Source: an uncultured Fimbriimonadaceae bacterium
GTDB lineage: Bacteria > Armatimonadota > Fimbriimonadia > Fimbriimonadales > Fimbriimonadaceae
DNA: 64,000 nt
Reading direction: 5' to 3'
Assembly (NCBI GenBank): GCA_937961665.1
Contig: CALGMO010000082.1
Location: 2,122-66,121 of the forward strand
The notes beneath the pieces are model-generated. The model made no database searches, was not told the DNA's origin, and saw nothing but the letters and a program-made list of their open reading frames with translations. Below are positions 8,528 to 18,482 of this stretch, piece after piece (the first letter of the stretch is position 1; every line of letters begins with the position of its first letter). A program made the position numbers and the translations under genes.

Positions 8528-9654
8528 GGCGCCTCGCGTTCGTCCTGGGGATGGCTTGGGTTGCCGCGCCGGGCTGGGCTCAGAGCCTCGCCGAGGCGCT
8601 GAGGGCCAGGGGCGGCGAGCATCGGGTCCTCGGACTGCAGCTGTGGCAGTGGATGGGCCTGGGCATGGCGGCGGTGGCGGCCGTCGCCGCCGGGCTCGCC
8701 GTGTGGCTCGTGGTGTGGGTGGTCCAGCGGGTCCGGTACCGCTTGGCTCCCAGGGACTTGGCCCCCTTGCCTCGGCGCGGGATGCGCCGTGGCGCGGCCA
8801 TCGCGGGCGCCGGTTGGGTTCTGCTGCAGTTCTTGGAGCCCCTCGAGCTGCAGGGCGTTCGCCCGCTGGAGGTGCTCGGCGTCTCTGTGGCCACGGTGGG
8901 CCTCACGTGGTTCGTCGTGAGCTGGTGGGACGCCTTTTGCGAGTCGATCCTGGCGCGGGCGGCAACCTTCGACCGCCGGGCCGAGCGGATTCTGATCCCG
9001 GTGCTGCGGAAGTTCGTCCGCGCGCTGATGATCGGAGGAGGCGTGCTCACGGGACTGTGGTGGCTCGGCGCCAACGTTCCGGGCATCGTCGCTGGCCTCG
9101 GCATCGGCGGCGTGGCCCTGGCGCTGGCGGCCAAGGACAGCGTCGAGAACGTGTTCGGCTCCCTCACGATCGTGTTCGACATGCCGTTCGCGCTGGGCGA
9201 CTGGGTGCGCATCGGCGACGTGTACGGCAAGGTGGAGGAGATCAACCTACGGAGCACTCGGATCCGCACGGCGGCCGGAGCGTTGGTGACGCTGCCCAAC
9301 AGCAACCTGATCCGCGCCTCGGTGGAAAACGTCGGAGACCTCACCCGGCGCCGGGTGGCCCTGACCCTGCCGCTGACGCTCGACTCCGCCCCGGAACGGA
9401 TCCGATCGTTCTGCGCGGCCGCTCGGGATGCGGTGCGGGAGGTGCCGAGGGTCGACCCGGAGACCGTGAGGGTCGCGCCCACCGACGTGCAGTCGTCGGG
9501 GTTGTTGGTGGCCGCGATCTGCTGGCTGGACGCCCCGCTCTGGGAGGAGGAGCTCGAGGCCCGCGAGGAGATCATCGCGCGGCTTCTGAGCCTCGCCAAC
9601 GACAACGGCGTGGTGCTGCAGGGAGTCCCGCGCTGGGGCCCGCCGCCCGCCTGA
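8524..9654 (+). CDS. MscS-family mechanosensitive ion channel
   Basis: The C-terminal 376 aa of the 602-aa track ORF contain the pore helix and beta domain ...GIGGVALALAAKDSVENVFGSLTIVFDMPFALGDWVRIGDVYGKVEEINLRSTRIRT.... The ATG overlaps the preceding stop (ATGA, 8524-8527). Confidence 0.85.
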   Translation: MRRLAFVLGMAWVAAPGWAQSLAEALRARGGEHRVLGLQLWQWMGLGMAAVAAVAAGLAVWLVVWVVQRVRYRLAPRDLAPLPRRGMRRGAAIAGAGWVLLQFLEPLELQGVRPLEVLGVSVATVGLTWFVVSWWDAFCESILARAATFDRRAERILIPVLRKFVRALMIGGGVLTGLWWLGANVPGIVAGLGIGGVALALAAKDSVENVFGSLTIVFDMPFALGDWVRIGDVYGKVEEINLRSTRIRTAAGALVTLPNSNLIRASVENVGDLTRRRVALTLPLTLDSAPERIRSFCAAARDAVREVPRVDPETVRVAPTDVQSSGLLVAAICWLDAPLWEEELEAREEIIARLLSLANDNGVVLQGVPRWGPPPA

Positions 9655-9679
9655 GGGGTCGCGCCCAGAATCCAACCCG

Positions 9680-11824
9680 ATGCTCGCCGCGCTCGCGCTT
9701 CTCGCCGTTTGCCAGCAGTCTCCGCTTGGGTCCAAACTGGACTCCATGGCGAGATCCGATCCTCACGAGCGGGTACGGCGGACTTACAACGGCCTCGTGG
9801 CGCGCAACGACTTCCCTCAAGCAGAGTGGCTGGACGGCGGGCGGCTGAGGTTCCGGCGAGACAACCGATGGCTGACGCTCGATCTCTCGTCGGAGGCCGA
9901 GCCGCAGGTGCGACCCGCGCGCCCGTCGGAGAGGCCGCGCGACGCCAGGCCCCGGCCGGAACGCGGCCGGCAGTACACGCGCGCCGACAGCCCGGACGGC
10001 CGCTGGCAGGCCGTGTACCGCGACGGCAACGTCTGGCTGGTGAACGCGCGGTCGAAACGCGAGACGGCCGTCACGAGGGAGGGCGACCCGGCCAAGCGCA
10101 TCAAGTTCGGCACCGCGAGCTGGGTCTACGGCGAAGAGCTGGGCGTGCGGGAGGCGATGGGCTTCTCGCCGGACTCCAAGAAGCTCTGGTTCTACGGCTT
10201 CGACGAGCGCGAGGTGCTGGACTTCTACCTCACCTTGGACGAGACGAAGGTCCAGAACAGGCTTGATGTCGAGCCGTACCCTAAGGCCGGCGCCCCCAAC
10301 CCCAAGGTCTCGCTGCACGTGTACGACCTTGGCACGAAGCGGACCGTGCGGATCCAGACCTCCACCGACCCCGACCCGATGAAGGATCTGGGGCACTATG
10401 TGTACGCCGTGCGCTGGTCGCCCGACGGTCGCGAGCTGCTCTTCCACCGCACCAACCGCCTCCAGCGCACGATGGAGTTCTGCGCGGCGGATCCCGAAAC
10501 CGGAAAGGTGCGCGTGGTCGTTCGCGAGGCCGTCTCGGACGCCTGGACCGACAACGCCCCGCCGCTGACGTGGCTGAAGGAGGAGCAGGGGCAGAGGCGC
10601 TTCCTGTGGATCCACGAGCGCAACGGCTTCCGGAACATCGCGCTCGGCTCGCTGGAAGGGGGAGACCTGAAACCCGTGACCAACCACGGGTTCGACGTGG
10701 ATCGTGTGGTGCACGCCGATCCGAAGACGGGCTGGGTCTACTACACCTGCCGCAGCGCGCCCAACCCGTACCGGCTGCAGCTCCACCGAGTGCGCCTGGA
10801 CGGCACGGGCGACGAGCGTCTGACCGACCCCGAGTACCACCACAGCGTGACCATGCCCGACGGGGGCGAGCGGATCCTGGACACGTTCGAGAACCTCACG
10901 ACCCCGCCCAGGACCGTCGAGCTGGACCGGGACGGCCGGCTGGTGCGTGTGGTGTCCGAGGCCGACGCCTCGCGCATGGAGGCCGCGAGACTGAGGCCCG
11001 CGGAGAGGCTGCGGTTCCGATCGGCCGACGGGCGGTTCGAGCTCTATGGAACCGTCAGCAAGCCGGTCGGATTCGACCCCTCCAAGCGCTATCCGCTGAT
11101 CGTGATGGTGTACGCGGGTCCGGAATCGGGCTCGGGAGCCGAACGGTTCGCGGGTCCCCACCCGCTGAACCACTATGGCTTCGCCGTCGCCTGGTTCGAT
11201 GGGCGGGGAACGGTGGGCCGGGGCCGCGAGTTCCGAACCTCCGTGTACGGCAAGCTCGGAGTCGCCGAGATCGACGACCAGGCGGAGGGTGTGAAGGCGG
11301 CCCTGCAGGCGTTCTCCTGGCTCGATCCCGGGCGAGTGGGCATCACCGGCACCTCCTACGGCGGCTACACCTCGGTCATGGCCCTGTTGCGCCACCCGGA
11401 CGTGTTCCGCGCCGCCGTGGCGTGCTCGAGCGTGACCGATTGGCGGAACTACGACAGCGTGTACACCGAGCGGTACATGGGCACCCCCGAGACCAATCCG
11501 GAGGGATACCGCCTCGGCTCGGCCATGGAGCATGTCGGCAATCTGCGCGGCAGGCTCCTGCTCTTCTACGGCACGGCCGACAACAACGTGCATCCGACCA
11601 ACACGCACCAGCTGATCGCGGCTCTGGACAAGGCAGGAAAAACGTACGAGCTTCTGGTCGGGCCCGACGTGGGGCACGCCGCGCTGGATTTCCGCCGAAC
11701 GGCCGAGTTCTTCGCCCGAGCGTTCTTGGCGCCGGCCACGCCGGAGCCGCTGGCCAAAGCGCTGCGGGCTGGAAACCGGCTGGCGGCCCAGGCCCGACGC
11801 TCGGCCAGGCTGGAGGCGCGCTGA
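9680..11824 (+). CDS. Dipeptidyl-peptidase IV-like serine peptidase (S9B)
   Basis: DPP-IV N-terminal propeller signature (ASWVYGEELGVREAMGFSPDSKKLWF). Nucleophile motif GTSYGGY. The C-terminal part GTADNNVHPTNTH...GHA is consistent with the Asp/His of the triad. Confidence 0.85.
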   Translation: MLAALALLAVCQQSPLGSKLDSMARSDPHERVRRTYNGLVARNDFPQAEWLDGGRLRFRRDNRWLTLDLSSEAEPQVRPARPSERPRDARPRPERGRQYTRADSPDGRWQAVYRDGNVWLVNARSKRETAVTREGDPAKRIKFGTASWVYGEELGVREAMGFSPDSKKLWFYGFDEREVLDFYLTLDETKVQNRLDVEPYPKAGAPNPKVSLHVYDLGTKRTVRIQTSTDPDPMKDLGHYVYAVRWSPDGRELLFHRTNRLQRTMEFCAADPETGKVRVVVREAVSDAWTDNAPPLTWLKEEQGQRRFLWIHERNGFRNIALGSLEGGDLKPVTNHGFDVDRVVHADPKTGWVYYTCRSAPNPYRLQLHRVRLDGTGDERLTDPEYHHSVTMPDGGERILDTFENLTTPPRTVELDRDGRLVRVVSEADASRMEAARLRPAERLRFRSADGRFELYGTVSKPVGFDPSKRYPLIVMVYAGPESGSGAERFAGPHPLNHYGFAVAWFDGRGTVGRGREFRTSVYGKLGVAEIDDQAEGVKAALQAFSWLDPGRVGITGTSYGGYTSVMALLRHPDVFRAAVACSSVTDWRNYDSVYTERYMGTPETNPEGYRLGSAMEHVGNLRGRLLLFYGTADNNVHPTNTHQLIAALDKAGKTYELLVGPDVGHAALDFRRTAEFFARAFLAPATPEPLAKALRAGNRLAAQARRSARLEAR

Positions 11825-11825
11825 A

Positions 11826-14564
11826 GTGACGGTCCTGGGGCCTCCGTTCGAGTCGAGCCGCTTCTGCTGGGTTCCGGGTCTGGAGCCGGGCCGGAACCAG
11901 TTCGTGTCGTTCGACCGCCTCTTTCGGCTCGATCGGGAGACGAGCGCCGTCCTGCACCTCTTCGCCGACACCCGCTACCGCCTGTGGGTGGACGGTCGCT
12001 TCGTGGCCTACGGACCGGCCAAGTTCGTGACGGAGTCGCCGGAGTACGACACCCACCGCTTCGCCCTGGATTCCGGGGAGCACGTTGTGCGCGTGGAGGT
12101 CAACTTCTACGGGTCGTCGTCCTATCAGACCATGCCGGACGGCCGGCCGGGGTTCCTCGCCGCGGGCGGAACGGACGACGGCTCGGCGTGCTTCGACACT
12201 CCCGGCGAGTGGAGGTCGCGGGTTCATCGATGCTGGGACCCGGAGGCGCCGCTGTTCAGCTTCGCCCAGAACCCGGTGGAGATCTGCGACCTCCGCGTCC
12301 TGCAGAGGGAGCTGGAGGGCGACGCCGGGGGCGCGGTCGAGCCGCTGCCGGCCGACCGATGCCCGTGGCGCGAGCTGAGGCCGCGCTTGGCGCCGTACCC
12401 CGACTACCGCCCGATTCGGCCCGCCCGCGCCTCGGTCGTCGGTACGTTGAGGGCCGCCTTGCGCTGGGGCTTCACGGTGCGGCACCCGAGCTTCCTGCAG
12501 GGGGACAGGCGCTCGCAGCGCCACGACTGCCTGTTCGCCACCCAGATCTGGTCGCCCCGCGATCAGGCGGTCGCCATGGAGTGCTTCTGGAGCGACCTGT
12601 GGCTGAACGGCGAGCCGCTCCACCCGCGCTACGAGGGCCCCCTCGGCAACCACGGATGGGCGGAGGCCCGCCTGCGCCAAGGTTGGAACCGCCTGGTCGG
12701 ACGCTTCGAGGTCCTCACCGAGCACTGGTCCTACCTGTTGGGCTTCCCCGTGGAGAGCGGCGTCGGCCTGCACGCCCGGCCGGACCGATCGGCCGGCGAG
12801 GCGTTTCTTCTCCTCGGCCCGTCGCGACCCGACGAGCTCCCCGATCCGGCGGTCGCCGGCACGGAGGGCTGGCGCCTCGTGGCCGGAAGCGCGAGCGAGG
12901 CCGCCCCGGGCCGGTGGGTGGCTTGGGAGGAGCCCGACGACGGGTCCGCCGCGAGGGACGTGCCGCTGGGCGAGGCTCCGCGCGAGCTGCCGCTGGGAAC
13001 GGGCGCGGTCTGGTGCCTCGACTTCGCCGACGAGTTCTTCGGCCATCCGCTGCTGGAGGTCGAGGCGCCCCGGGGGACGATCCTGGACGTCTCCTACGAC
13101 GACTGGCGTCGCGAGGACGGGTGCGTGCGCCTCTACGGCTCCAACCCGTTCGTGGACGCCACCGACCGCTTCGTGCTGCCGGGGGGAAGAACCAGGGTCC
13201 ACGTTCTGAACCCGCGGGGCGGGATCTTCCTGCAACTCACCTTCCACGCCCCAGCCGGCGCGGAGGATGCCGCCTGCGCGGTGCACGACGTCGCGGTGCT
13301 TCGCCGAACGGTGCTTCCCGAGCCCGAGGGCAGGTTCCACTGCGGAGACGAGACGCTGGACTGGGCATGGCGAGCGTCGCTGCACACGCTGCGGGCCTCG
13401 ACCGACGAGTCGTACTCGGACTGCCCTTGGAGGGAGCGCGGCAGCTACATCGGCGACGATTGGGTCGCCTTGCGGCTGCATCGCCTCTGCACCGCCGACC
13501 TGCGGGTGGCCCTTCGCACCTTCGACCTGTTCGGCCGGGCGCAGCTCGAGGACGGCCAGCTGCCGTGCTGCGCTCCCGCTTGGCTCCGCCAGCCGCACGA
13601 GGACTTCAGCCTGATCTGGCTGCTCGCGGTCCGCGACTTGGCCGACTCGGAGGAGGGTCCGGCGTTTCTGGCTCGGCAGTGGCCGGTGATCGAGCGCCTC
13701 TGGTCCAGCTCGCGCTGGAGGACGGACCCGGAGACCGGCCTTTGGAACGCCGACGGTCTGAGGATGTTCGTGGACTGGGGGGTGGTGCGATCGGAGCGCG
13801 AGGGCCGGGCCAACGCCGCCCTCAACGCCTTCCGCGTCGAGGCCCACCGTGCGACGGCCGACATCGCTGCGGCCTTGGGGATGACGGAGGCCTCCCGGCG
13901 GCACGCGGACGACGCGGAGCGCGTGGCGGAGGCGATGCTCCGGCACCTTTGGCTCGAGCCGGAGGGGCGCTTCGCCGCCAGCCTGGGCGCGGGCACGCCC
14001 GCGCTGCACGCGAACATCCTCGCCCTGGCGTTCCGCATCGGTCCGCGGGACCGCCTGCTGGGCTACCTCGAGCCGTTGCTGGAGCAGAACCTCGAGCGCG
14101 GGCTGGCCGAGGGCCAGGACGCGGGGCACGCGGAGCTGTACTTCCTCTCCTATCTTCTGCCGGCCCTCGCGGAGGTCGGGCGTCCGGACTTGGCCGAGAG
14201 CCTTCTTGCCGGCCACTACGGCTACCTGCGTTCGCTCGGGCTGCCGACCCTGCCGGAGTGCTTCCACCGCGCCGACCGCGGCGGAGGGTCTTGCTGCCAC
14301 AGCTGGAGCGGCGCGGCAGCGATCTACCTGACCGCCTACGTTCTCGGTCTGCGCCGGCCCGACCCCTTCCAGCCGAACCGCTGGGTTCTGCACCCGATCG
14401 CGCACGGCGTCGCGGGCGCGGAGGGCTCGGTGCCGCACCGCCTCGGGCTGATCCAAGCCTCCTGGCGGCGCGTGGCAGACGGCATCGAGGCCAGCGTTGT
14501 TGCGCCGCCCGGCGTCGAGGTCGTTCCCGGGCCCGGCGTTCGGCTGCTGCCGAGGCCATCCTGA
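11826..14564 (+). CDS. GH78-like alpha-L-rhamnosidase family protein
   Basis: N-terminal domain pattern LHLFADTRYRLWVDGRFVAYGP. Six-hairpin region with YSDCPWRERGSYIGD. Length 912 aa. The GTG start lies one nt after the DPP-IV stop. Confidence 0.7.
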   Translation: MTVLGPPFESSRFCWVPGLEPGRNQFVSFDRLFRLDRETSAVLHLFADTRYRLWVDGRFVAYGPAKFVTESPEYDTHRFALDSGEHVVRVEVNFYGSSSYQTMPDGRPGFLAAGGTDDGSACFDTPGEWRSRVHRCWDPEAPLFSFAQNPVEICDLRVLQRELEGDAGGAVEPLPADRCPWRELRPRLAPYPDYRPIRPARASVVGTLRAALRWGFTVRHPSFLQGDRRSQRHDCLFATQIWSPRDQAVAMECFWSDLWLNGEPLHPRYEGPLGNHGWAEARLRQGWNRLVGRFEVLTEHWSYLLGFPVESGVGLHARPDRSAGEAFLLLGPSRPDELPDPAVAGTEGWRLVAGSASEAAPGRWVAWEEPDDGSAARDVPLGEAPRELPLGTGAVWCLDFADEFFGHPLLEVEAPRGTILDVSYDDWRREDGCVRLYGSNPFVDATDRFVLPGGRTRVHVLNPRGGIFLQLTFHAPAGAEDAACAVHDVAVLRRTVLPEPEGRFHCGDETLDWAWRASLHTLRASTDESYSDCPWRERGSYIGDDWVALRLHRLCTADLRVALRTFDLFGRAQLEDGQLPCCAPAWLRQPHEDFSLIWLLAVRDLADSEEGPAFLARQWPVIERLWSSSRWRTDPETGLWNADGLRMFVDWGVVRSEREGRANAALNAFRVEAHRATADIAAALGMTEASRRHADDAERVAEAMLRHLWLEPEGRFAASLGAGTPALHANILALAFRIGPRDRLLGYLEPLLEQNLERGLAEGQDAGHAELYFLSYLLPALAEVGRPDLAESLLAGHYGYLRSLGLPTLPECFHRADRGGGSCCHSWSGAAAIYLTAYVLGLRRPDPFQPNRWVLHPIAHGVAGAEGSVPHRLGLIQASWRRVADGIEASVVAPPGVEVVPGPGVRLLPRPS

Positions 14565-14573
14565 AGGAGGATC

Positions 14574-15059
14574 ATGGGCGGGGGCGAGCGCGATCGGCTG
14601 GTGCGGGAACTGCTGGCGCGATGGGCCTCGAGCCACCCGTTGCGCCGGCCACCCAAGGTTGAGTGGAGCCGGCGCTTGCGGGCCTCGGCCGGCCGGGCCT
14701 ATCCCGCGCAGGCGCGCATCGTGCTCAGCGTCGGTCTGCTCGACTCGCCGGACAAGGTGGAGCAGACGCTGGCCCACGAGTACTCCCATCTGATGGCCTT
14801 CGAGGCGTCCGGCGGCCGCTGCCGCCCCCACGGGAGGGAGTGGAAGGCTGCGATGGCGTCCTTGGGGTACCCGGCCCGGCGGACCCACGACTACGCCCCG
14901 CAGCGCGTCGTTCCCCCAAGGTGGGCCTACCGCTGTCTGGGGTGCGGCGCTCAGATTCTGCGGGCGAGGCGCCTCCCCAAGGGCCGCCGCTACCGGCACG
15001 CTGCCTGCGGAGGGCTGATCGACCCCCGGCCGAGGCCGTGGACGGACGCTAGCGGCTGA
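14574..15059 (+). CDS. SprT-like zinc metalloprotease domain protein
   Basis: HEYSH (HExxH) motif plus C-terminal Cys pairs CLGCG...HAACGG forming a zinc ribbon. GGAGG Shine-Dalgarno 5 nt upstream of the ATG. Confidence 0.75.
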   Translation: MGGGERDRLVRELLARWASSHPLRRPPKVEWSRRLRASAGRAYPAQARIVLSVGLLDSPDKVEQTLAHEYSHLMAFEASGGRCRPHGREWKAAMASLGYPARRTHDYAPQRVVPPRWAYRCLGCGAQILRARRLPKGRRYRHAACGGLIDPRPRPWTDASG

Positions 15060-16323
15060 GGCGGTCGGTGCCCATCCACGGCCTCAGGAACTCCGGAAGC
15101 GCCACGGACCCGTCGGCCTGCTGGAACGTCTCCAGCAGCGCGGCGTACAGCCTCGGGCAGGCGACGCCGCTCCCGTTGAGGATGTGCACGAACTCCGGCT
15201 TGGCGCCCTGCTCGCGCCGGAAGCGGATGTTGGCGCGCCGCGCTTGGAACGCCTCGAAGTTGCTGCAGCTGGAGATTTCGAGGTACCTGCCCACTCCGGG
15301 CGCCCACACCTCGAGGTCGTACTGCTTGGCGCCCTTGAAGCCCATGTCTCCGGCGCACACCGCCACGACCCGGTAGTGCAGGCCCAGGGCCTGCAGGACC
15401 GCCTCGGCGTCGGCGGTGAGCCTCTCCAGCTCGTCGTAGCTGTCCTCCGGCTTGCAGAACTTCACGAGCTCCACCTTGTCGAACTGGTGCACGCGCAGCA
15501 GGCCGCGGGTGTCCTTTCCCGCCGCGCCCGCCTCGCGACGGAAGCAGCCGGAGAACGCGGCCAGGTTCAGCGTGAGCAGGTCGCCGTCGAGGATCTCGTC
15601 GCGGTACAGGTTGGTCACCGGCACCTCGGCGGTGGGGATGAGCCACAGGTCCTCGTCCGCACGGTACACGTCCTCCTCGAACTTCGGGAAGTTGCCGGTG
15701 CCGATCATGCTGGCTCGGTTCACGAGGTAGGGGGGGTACACCTCGGTGTAGCCGCGCTCTCGCGTCTGGAACTCGATCATCGACTGGAACAGCGCCCGCT
15801 GGAGCCTCGCGCCCATCCCCACGTAGCAGGGGAACCCGCTGCCGGCGACCTTCGCCCCGCGGGGCAGATCCAGCAGGCCCAGCTCGGTGGCCAGATCCCA
15901 GTGCGGCTTCGGCTCGAAGTCGAACGACGGCTTCTCGCCCCACTCGCGCAGCACGACGTTGGCGGTCTCGTCCAGCCCGTCGGGCACGGTGTCGTGCGGC
16001 AGGTTGGGGATCAGCAGCTCGGCCTCGCGCAGCGCCTGCTCGATCTCGCGCAGCCGCTGCTCGCCGGCGGCGATCGCCTCCTTCAGGTCCTTGGTCTGCG
16101 CCTTGGCCGCCTCGGCCTCGTCGCGCCTGCCCTGGGCCATGAGCTGGCCGATGCTCTTGCTGATCCGGTTCATCTCGGCCTGCTGCCTCTCGAGCGTGGC
16201 GAGCGTCTCGCGCCGCTCCCCGTCCAGGCGGATCACCTCGTCCACGGGGGCGTCGATCCCCTTGCGGGCGCACCCTCGTCGGACGAGATCGGGGTTCGTG
16301 CGGAACAGCTGGCGGTCGAGCAT
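15049..16323 (-). CDS. serS: Seryl-tRNA synthetase
   Basis: N-terminal coiled-coil arm plus class II core (…[25 protein letters not shown]…GSGVACPR…). Length 424 aa. Confidence 0.95.
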   Translation of the reverse strand: MLDRQLFRTNPDLVRRGCARKGIDAPVDEVIRLDGERRETLATLERQQAEMNRISKSIGQLMAQGRRDEAEAAKAQTKDLKEAIAAGEQRLREIEQALREAELLIPNLPHDTVPDGLDETANVVLREWGEKPSFDFEPKPHWDLATELGLLDLPRGAKVAGSGFPCYVGMGARLQRALFQSMIEFQTRERGYTEVYPPYLVNRASMIGTGNFPKFEEDVYRADEDLWLIPTAEVPVTNLYRDEILDGDLLTLNLAAFSGCFRREAGAAGKDTRGLLRVHQFDKVELVKFCKPEDSYDELERLTADAEAVLQALGLHYRVVAVCAGDMGFKGAKQYDLEVWAPGVGRYLEISSCSNFEAFQARRANIRFRREQGAKPEFVHILNGSGVACPRLYAALLETFQQADGSVALPEFLRPWMGTDRLSR

Positions 16324-16431
16324 GGGCAGGTTTTACCTTGGGACCCTCGGGGGGCGCGGTGCGTTCCGGGCTTCCCATCCGTCTGGAATCGGTGAGCGGT
16401 CCATTGGGGCCGCAGGGACGGAGTGGACCGA

Positions 16432-17538
16432 ATGAAGCCCAATCTCTTCGAAAACCAAGCGATTCTGAAGGTGATCGGCATCGGCGGGGCGGGCACCAAC
16501 GCGGTGAACCGCATGATCGACGAGGGTCTGACCGGCGTGGAGTTCATCGCAATGAACACCGACGCCCAGGCTCTCGGCATCTCGAAGGCCGAAACGCGCA
16601 TCCAGCTGGGCGAGTCGCTCACGCGGGGACTCGGCGCAGGGGGCAATCCGGAGATCGGCGAGAACGCCGCCCGCGAGAGCGAGAAGGCGATCCTGGAGGT
16701 GCTGGACGGAGCCGACATGGTGTTCATCACCGCCGGCATGGGCGGCGGAACCGGAACCGGCGCGGCCCCGATCGTCGCCGAGATGGCCCGGCGCATGGGC
16801 ATCCTCACGGTCGGCGTGGTCACCAAGCCGTTCCTGTGGGAGGGCCCGCGCCGATGCCGGCTGGCCAAGGAGGGCGCCGAGCGACTGAAGAAGCACGTTG
16901 ACACGCTGATCACGGTGCCGAACGACCGCCTGCTCGGCTTCGTGGAGAAGCGCACCACCATGCAGGAGGCGTTCGCGGCCGCCGACGACGTTCTGCGCCA
17001 GGGCGTGCAGGGCATCAGCGACATCATCCTGCTCCCGGGCGTGATCAACGTGGACTTCGCGGACGTGCGCAGCGTGATGACCGACGCGGGCGTGGCGCTG
17101 ATGGGCCTGGGGAGGGGCGTCGGCGACGGCAGGGCCCGCATGGCCGCGCAGGCAGCCGCGACCAGCCCGCTGCTCGAGACCAACATCGAGGGCGCCAAGC
17201 GGGTGCTGATCAACATCACCGCCGGGCCGGACTTCAGCATCGGCGAGGCCCACGAGGCCATGGAGTACGTGCTGCAGTTCTGCGACCCCGACGACGCCGA
17301 CATCATCATGGGCCACGTGATGAAGGACACCCCGGATGGAGAGGTGTTCATCACGCTGCTGGCCGCGGGCATGACTCCCCGCCCGGAGACCGAGGCGCCC
17401 AAGCCGGCGGCTGTGGCGCAGCCCGCCGCGGCCGAGCGCGCTCCCCGTGCGGACACCCGCCGGCAGGAGCCCGAGAAGGTCATCGAGGAGATCGACTTGG
17501 ACATTCCCGCGTTCCTCCGTCAGAGAGCGAGGGACTGA
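16432..17538 (+). CDS. ftsZ: Cell division protein FtsZ
   Basis: Tubulin signature [21 protein letters not shown], and the C-terminal peptide [11 protein letters not shown] at 16432 has GGAG 8 nt upstream. The track ORF starts at an alternative GTG at 16423. Confidence 0.95.
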   Translation: MKPNLFENQAILKVIGIGGAGTNAVNRMIDEGLTGVEFIAMNTDAQALGISKAETRIQLGESLTRGLGAGGNPEIGENAARESEKAILEVLDGADMVFITAGMGGGTGTGAAPIVAEMARRMGILTVGVVTKPFLWEGPRRCRLAKEGAERLKKHVDTLITVPNDRLLGFVEKRTTMQEAFAAADDVLRQGVQGISDIILLPGVINVDFADVRSVMTDAGVALMGLGRGVGDGRARMAAQAAATSPLLETNIEGAKRVLINITAGPDFSIGEAHEAMEYVLQFCDPDDADIIMGHVMKDTPDGEVFITLLAAGMTPRPETEAPKPAAVAQPAAAERAPRADTRRQEPEKVIEEIDLDIPAFLRQRARD

Positions 17539-17587
17539 AGGCTCGGATTTGCCTTCCGCGATTCGGAACACTCTGGTCCAAACACTT

Positions 17588-17616
17588 GGCCCCGCCCTCG
17601 GGCGGGGTCCTTTTTC
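17588..17616 (+). terminator. Rho-independent terminator downstream of ftsZ
   Basis: Stem CCCCGCC (17590-17596), loop CTCG, stem GGCGGGG (17601-17607), followed by TCCTTTTT. Confidence 0.7.
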
Positions 17617-17632
17617 TCCGTCCTGATGGACT

Positions 17633-18454
17633 ATGCTCAAACCCATGCGCTTGGACGCATGGCTCAAGGCGGCCGCGGATCGGCTGGGCAGGGCAGGCGT
17701 GCCCGAGCCGGCGCTGGACGCCCAGCTGATCGCCGCGCGGTGCTTCGGCGCGGACCGGGCCTTCGTGCTGTCGCACCCCGAGCGGGAGGTGCCGCCGGAG
17801 GCCGAGGAGATGCTGCGCCGGCGAGAGGCGCGGGAGCCCCTGGCCTACATCCTGGGGCGGAGGGAGTTCTACGGCCGAACGTTCCAAGTGAGCCCCGCCG
17901 TCTTGATCCCCCGCCAGGAGACGGAGTGCGTGGTGGAGGCCTGTCTGAGGCTGCCCTTGCCGGACGATGCGACCGTCGCGGACGTGGGCACGGGGTCCGG
18001 CTGCATCGCGGTGACCCTGGCCCTGGAGCGGCCGTTGTGGAGGGTGCTCGCCACGGACCGCTCGATGGCCGCGCTCGGGGTGGCCAGCGCGAACGCCGCC
18101 CGGCTCGGCGCCCGGGTGTCGTTCCGGGCCGGCGATCTCTTGGAGCCGCTGCAGAGCCAGCGGTTCCATCTGATCGTCAGCAACCCGCCCTATGTCCGCG
18201 AGGGAGAGCCGCTGCAGGAGGAGGTGGGTCGCTTCGAGCCGCCCGAGGCCCTGTACGCCGGGCCGACGGGGCTGGAGTTCTACGAGCGTCTGGCGCAGGG
18301 CGCGCCCGAGGCCCTCGAGCCAGGAGGTTGGCTCGTGGCGGAGCTGGGAGACGCCGAGGGCGCCCGCCGGGCTTTCGAGAGCCGCGGCTGGGGCGTGGAG
18401 ATCCGCCCCGACCTCGCCGGGCTGCCCCGGGTTCTGCTCGCTCGGCTTGCCTAG
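17633..18454 (+). CDS. prmC: Release-factor glutamine N5-methyltransferase PrmC (HemK)
   Basis: SAM-binding DVGTGSGCIA and catalytic IVSNPPYV (NPPY) motif. Length 273 aa. Confidence 0.88.
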   Translation: MLKPMRLDAWLKAAADRLGRAGVPEPALDAQLIAARCFGADRAFVLSHPEREVPPEAEEMLRRREAREPLAYILGRREFYGRTFQVSPAVLIPRQETECVVEACLRLPLPDDATVADVGTGSGCIAVTLALERPLWRVLATDRSMAALGVASANAARLGARVSFRAGDLLEPLQSQRFHLIVSNPPYVREGEPLQEEVGRFEPPEALYAGPTGLEFYERLAQGAPEALEPGGWLVAELGDAEGARRAFESRGWGVEIRPDLAGLPRVLLARLA

Positions 18455-18482
18455 CTCCGCGCGAAGCGATAGATTGGCGGGT

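Noticed and set aside
4218-14999. Other giant shadow ORFs in this span: 4218-7736 (+, 1172 aa), 9572-11971 (-, 799 aa) and 11376-14999 (-, 1207 aa). Outside this span there are more, such as 29415-32120 (-), 29777-32536 (+), 41215-43689 (+) and 43519-45843 (-)
   Set aside because: The reasoning is the same. They show low-complexity Arg/Gly/Pro/Ala bias and overlap well-supported genes in another frame or strand. None has a family motif that I can recognise.
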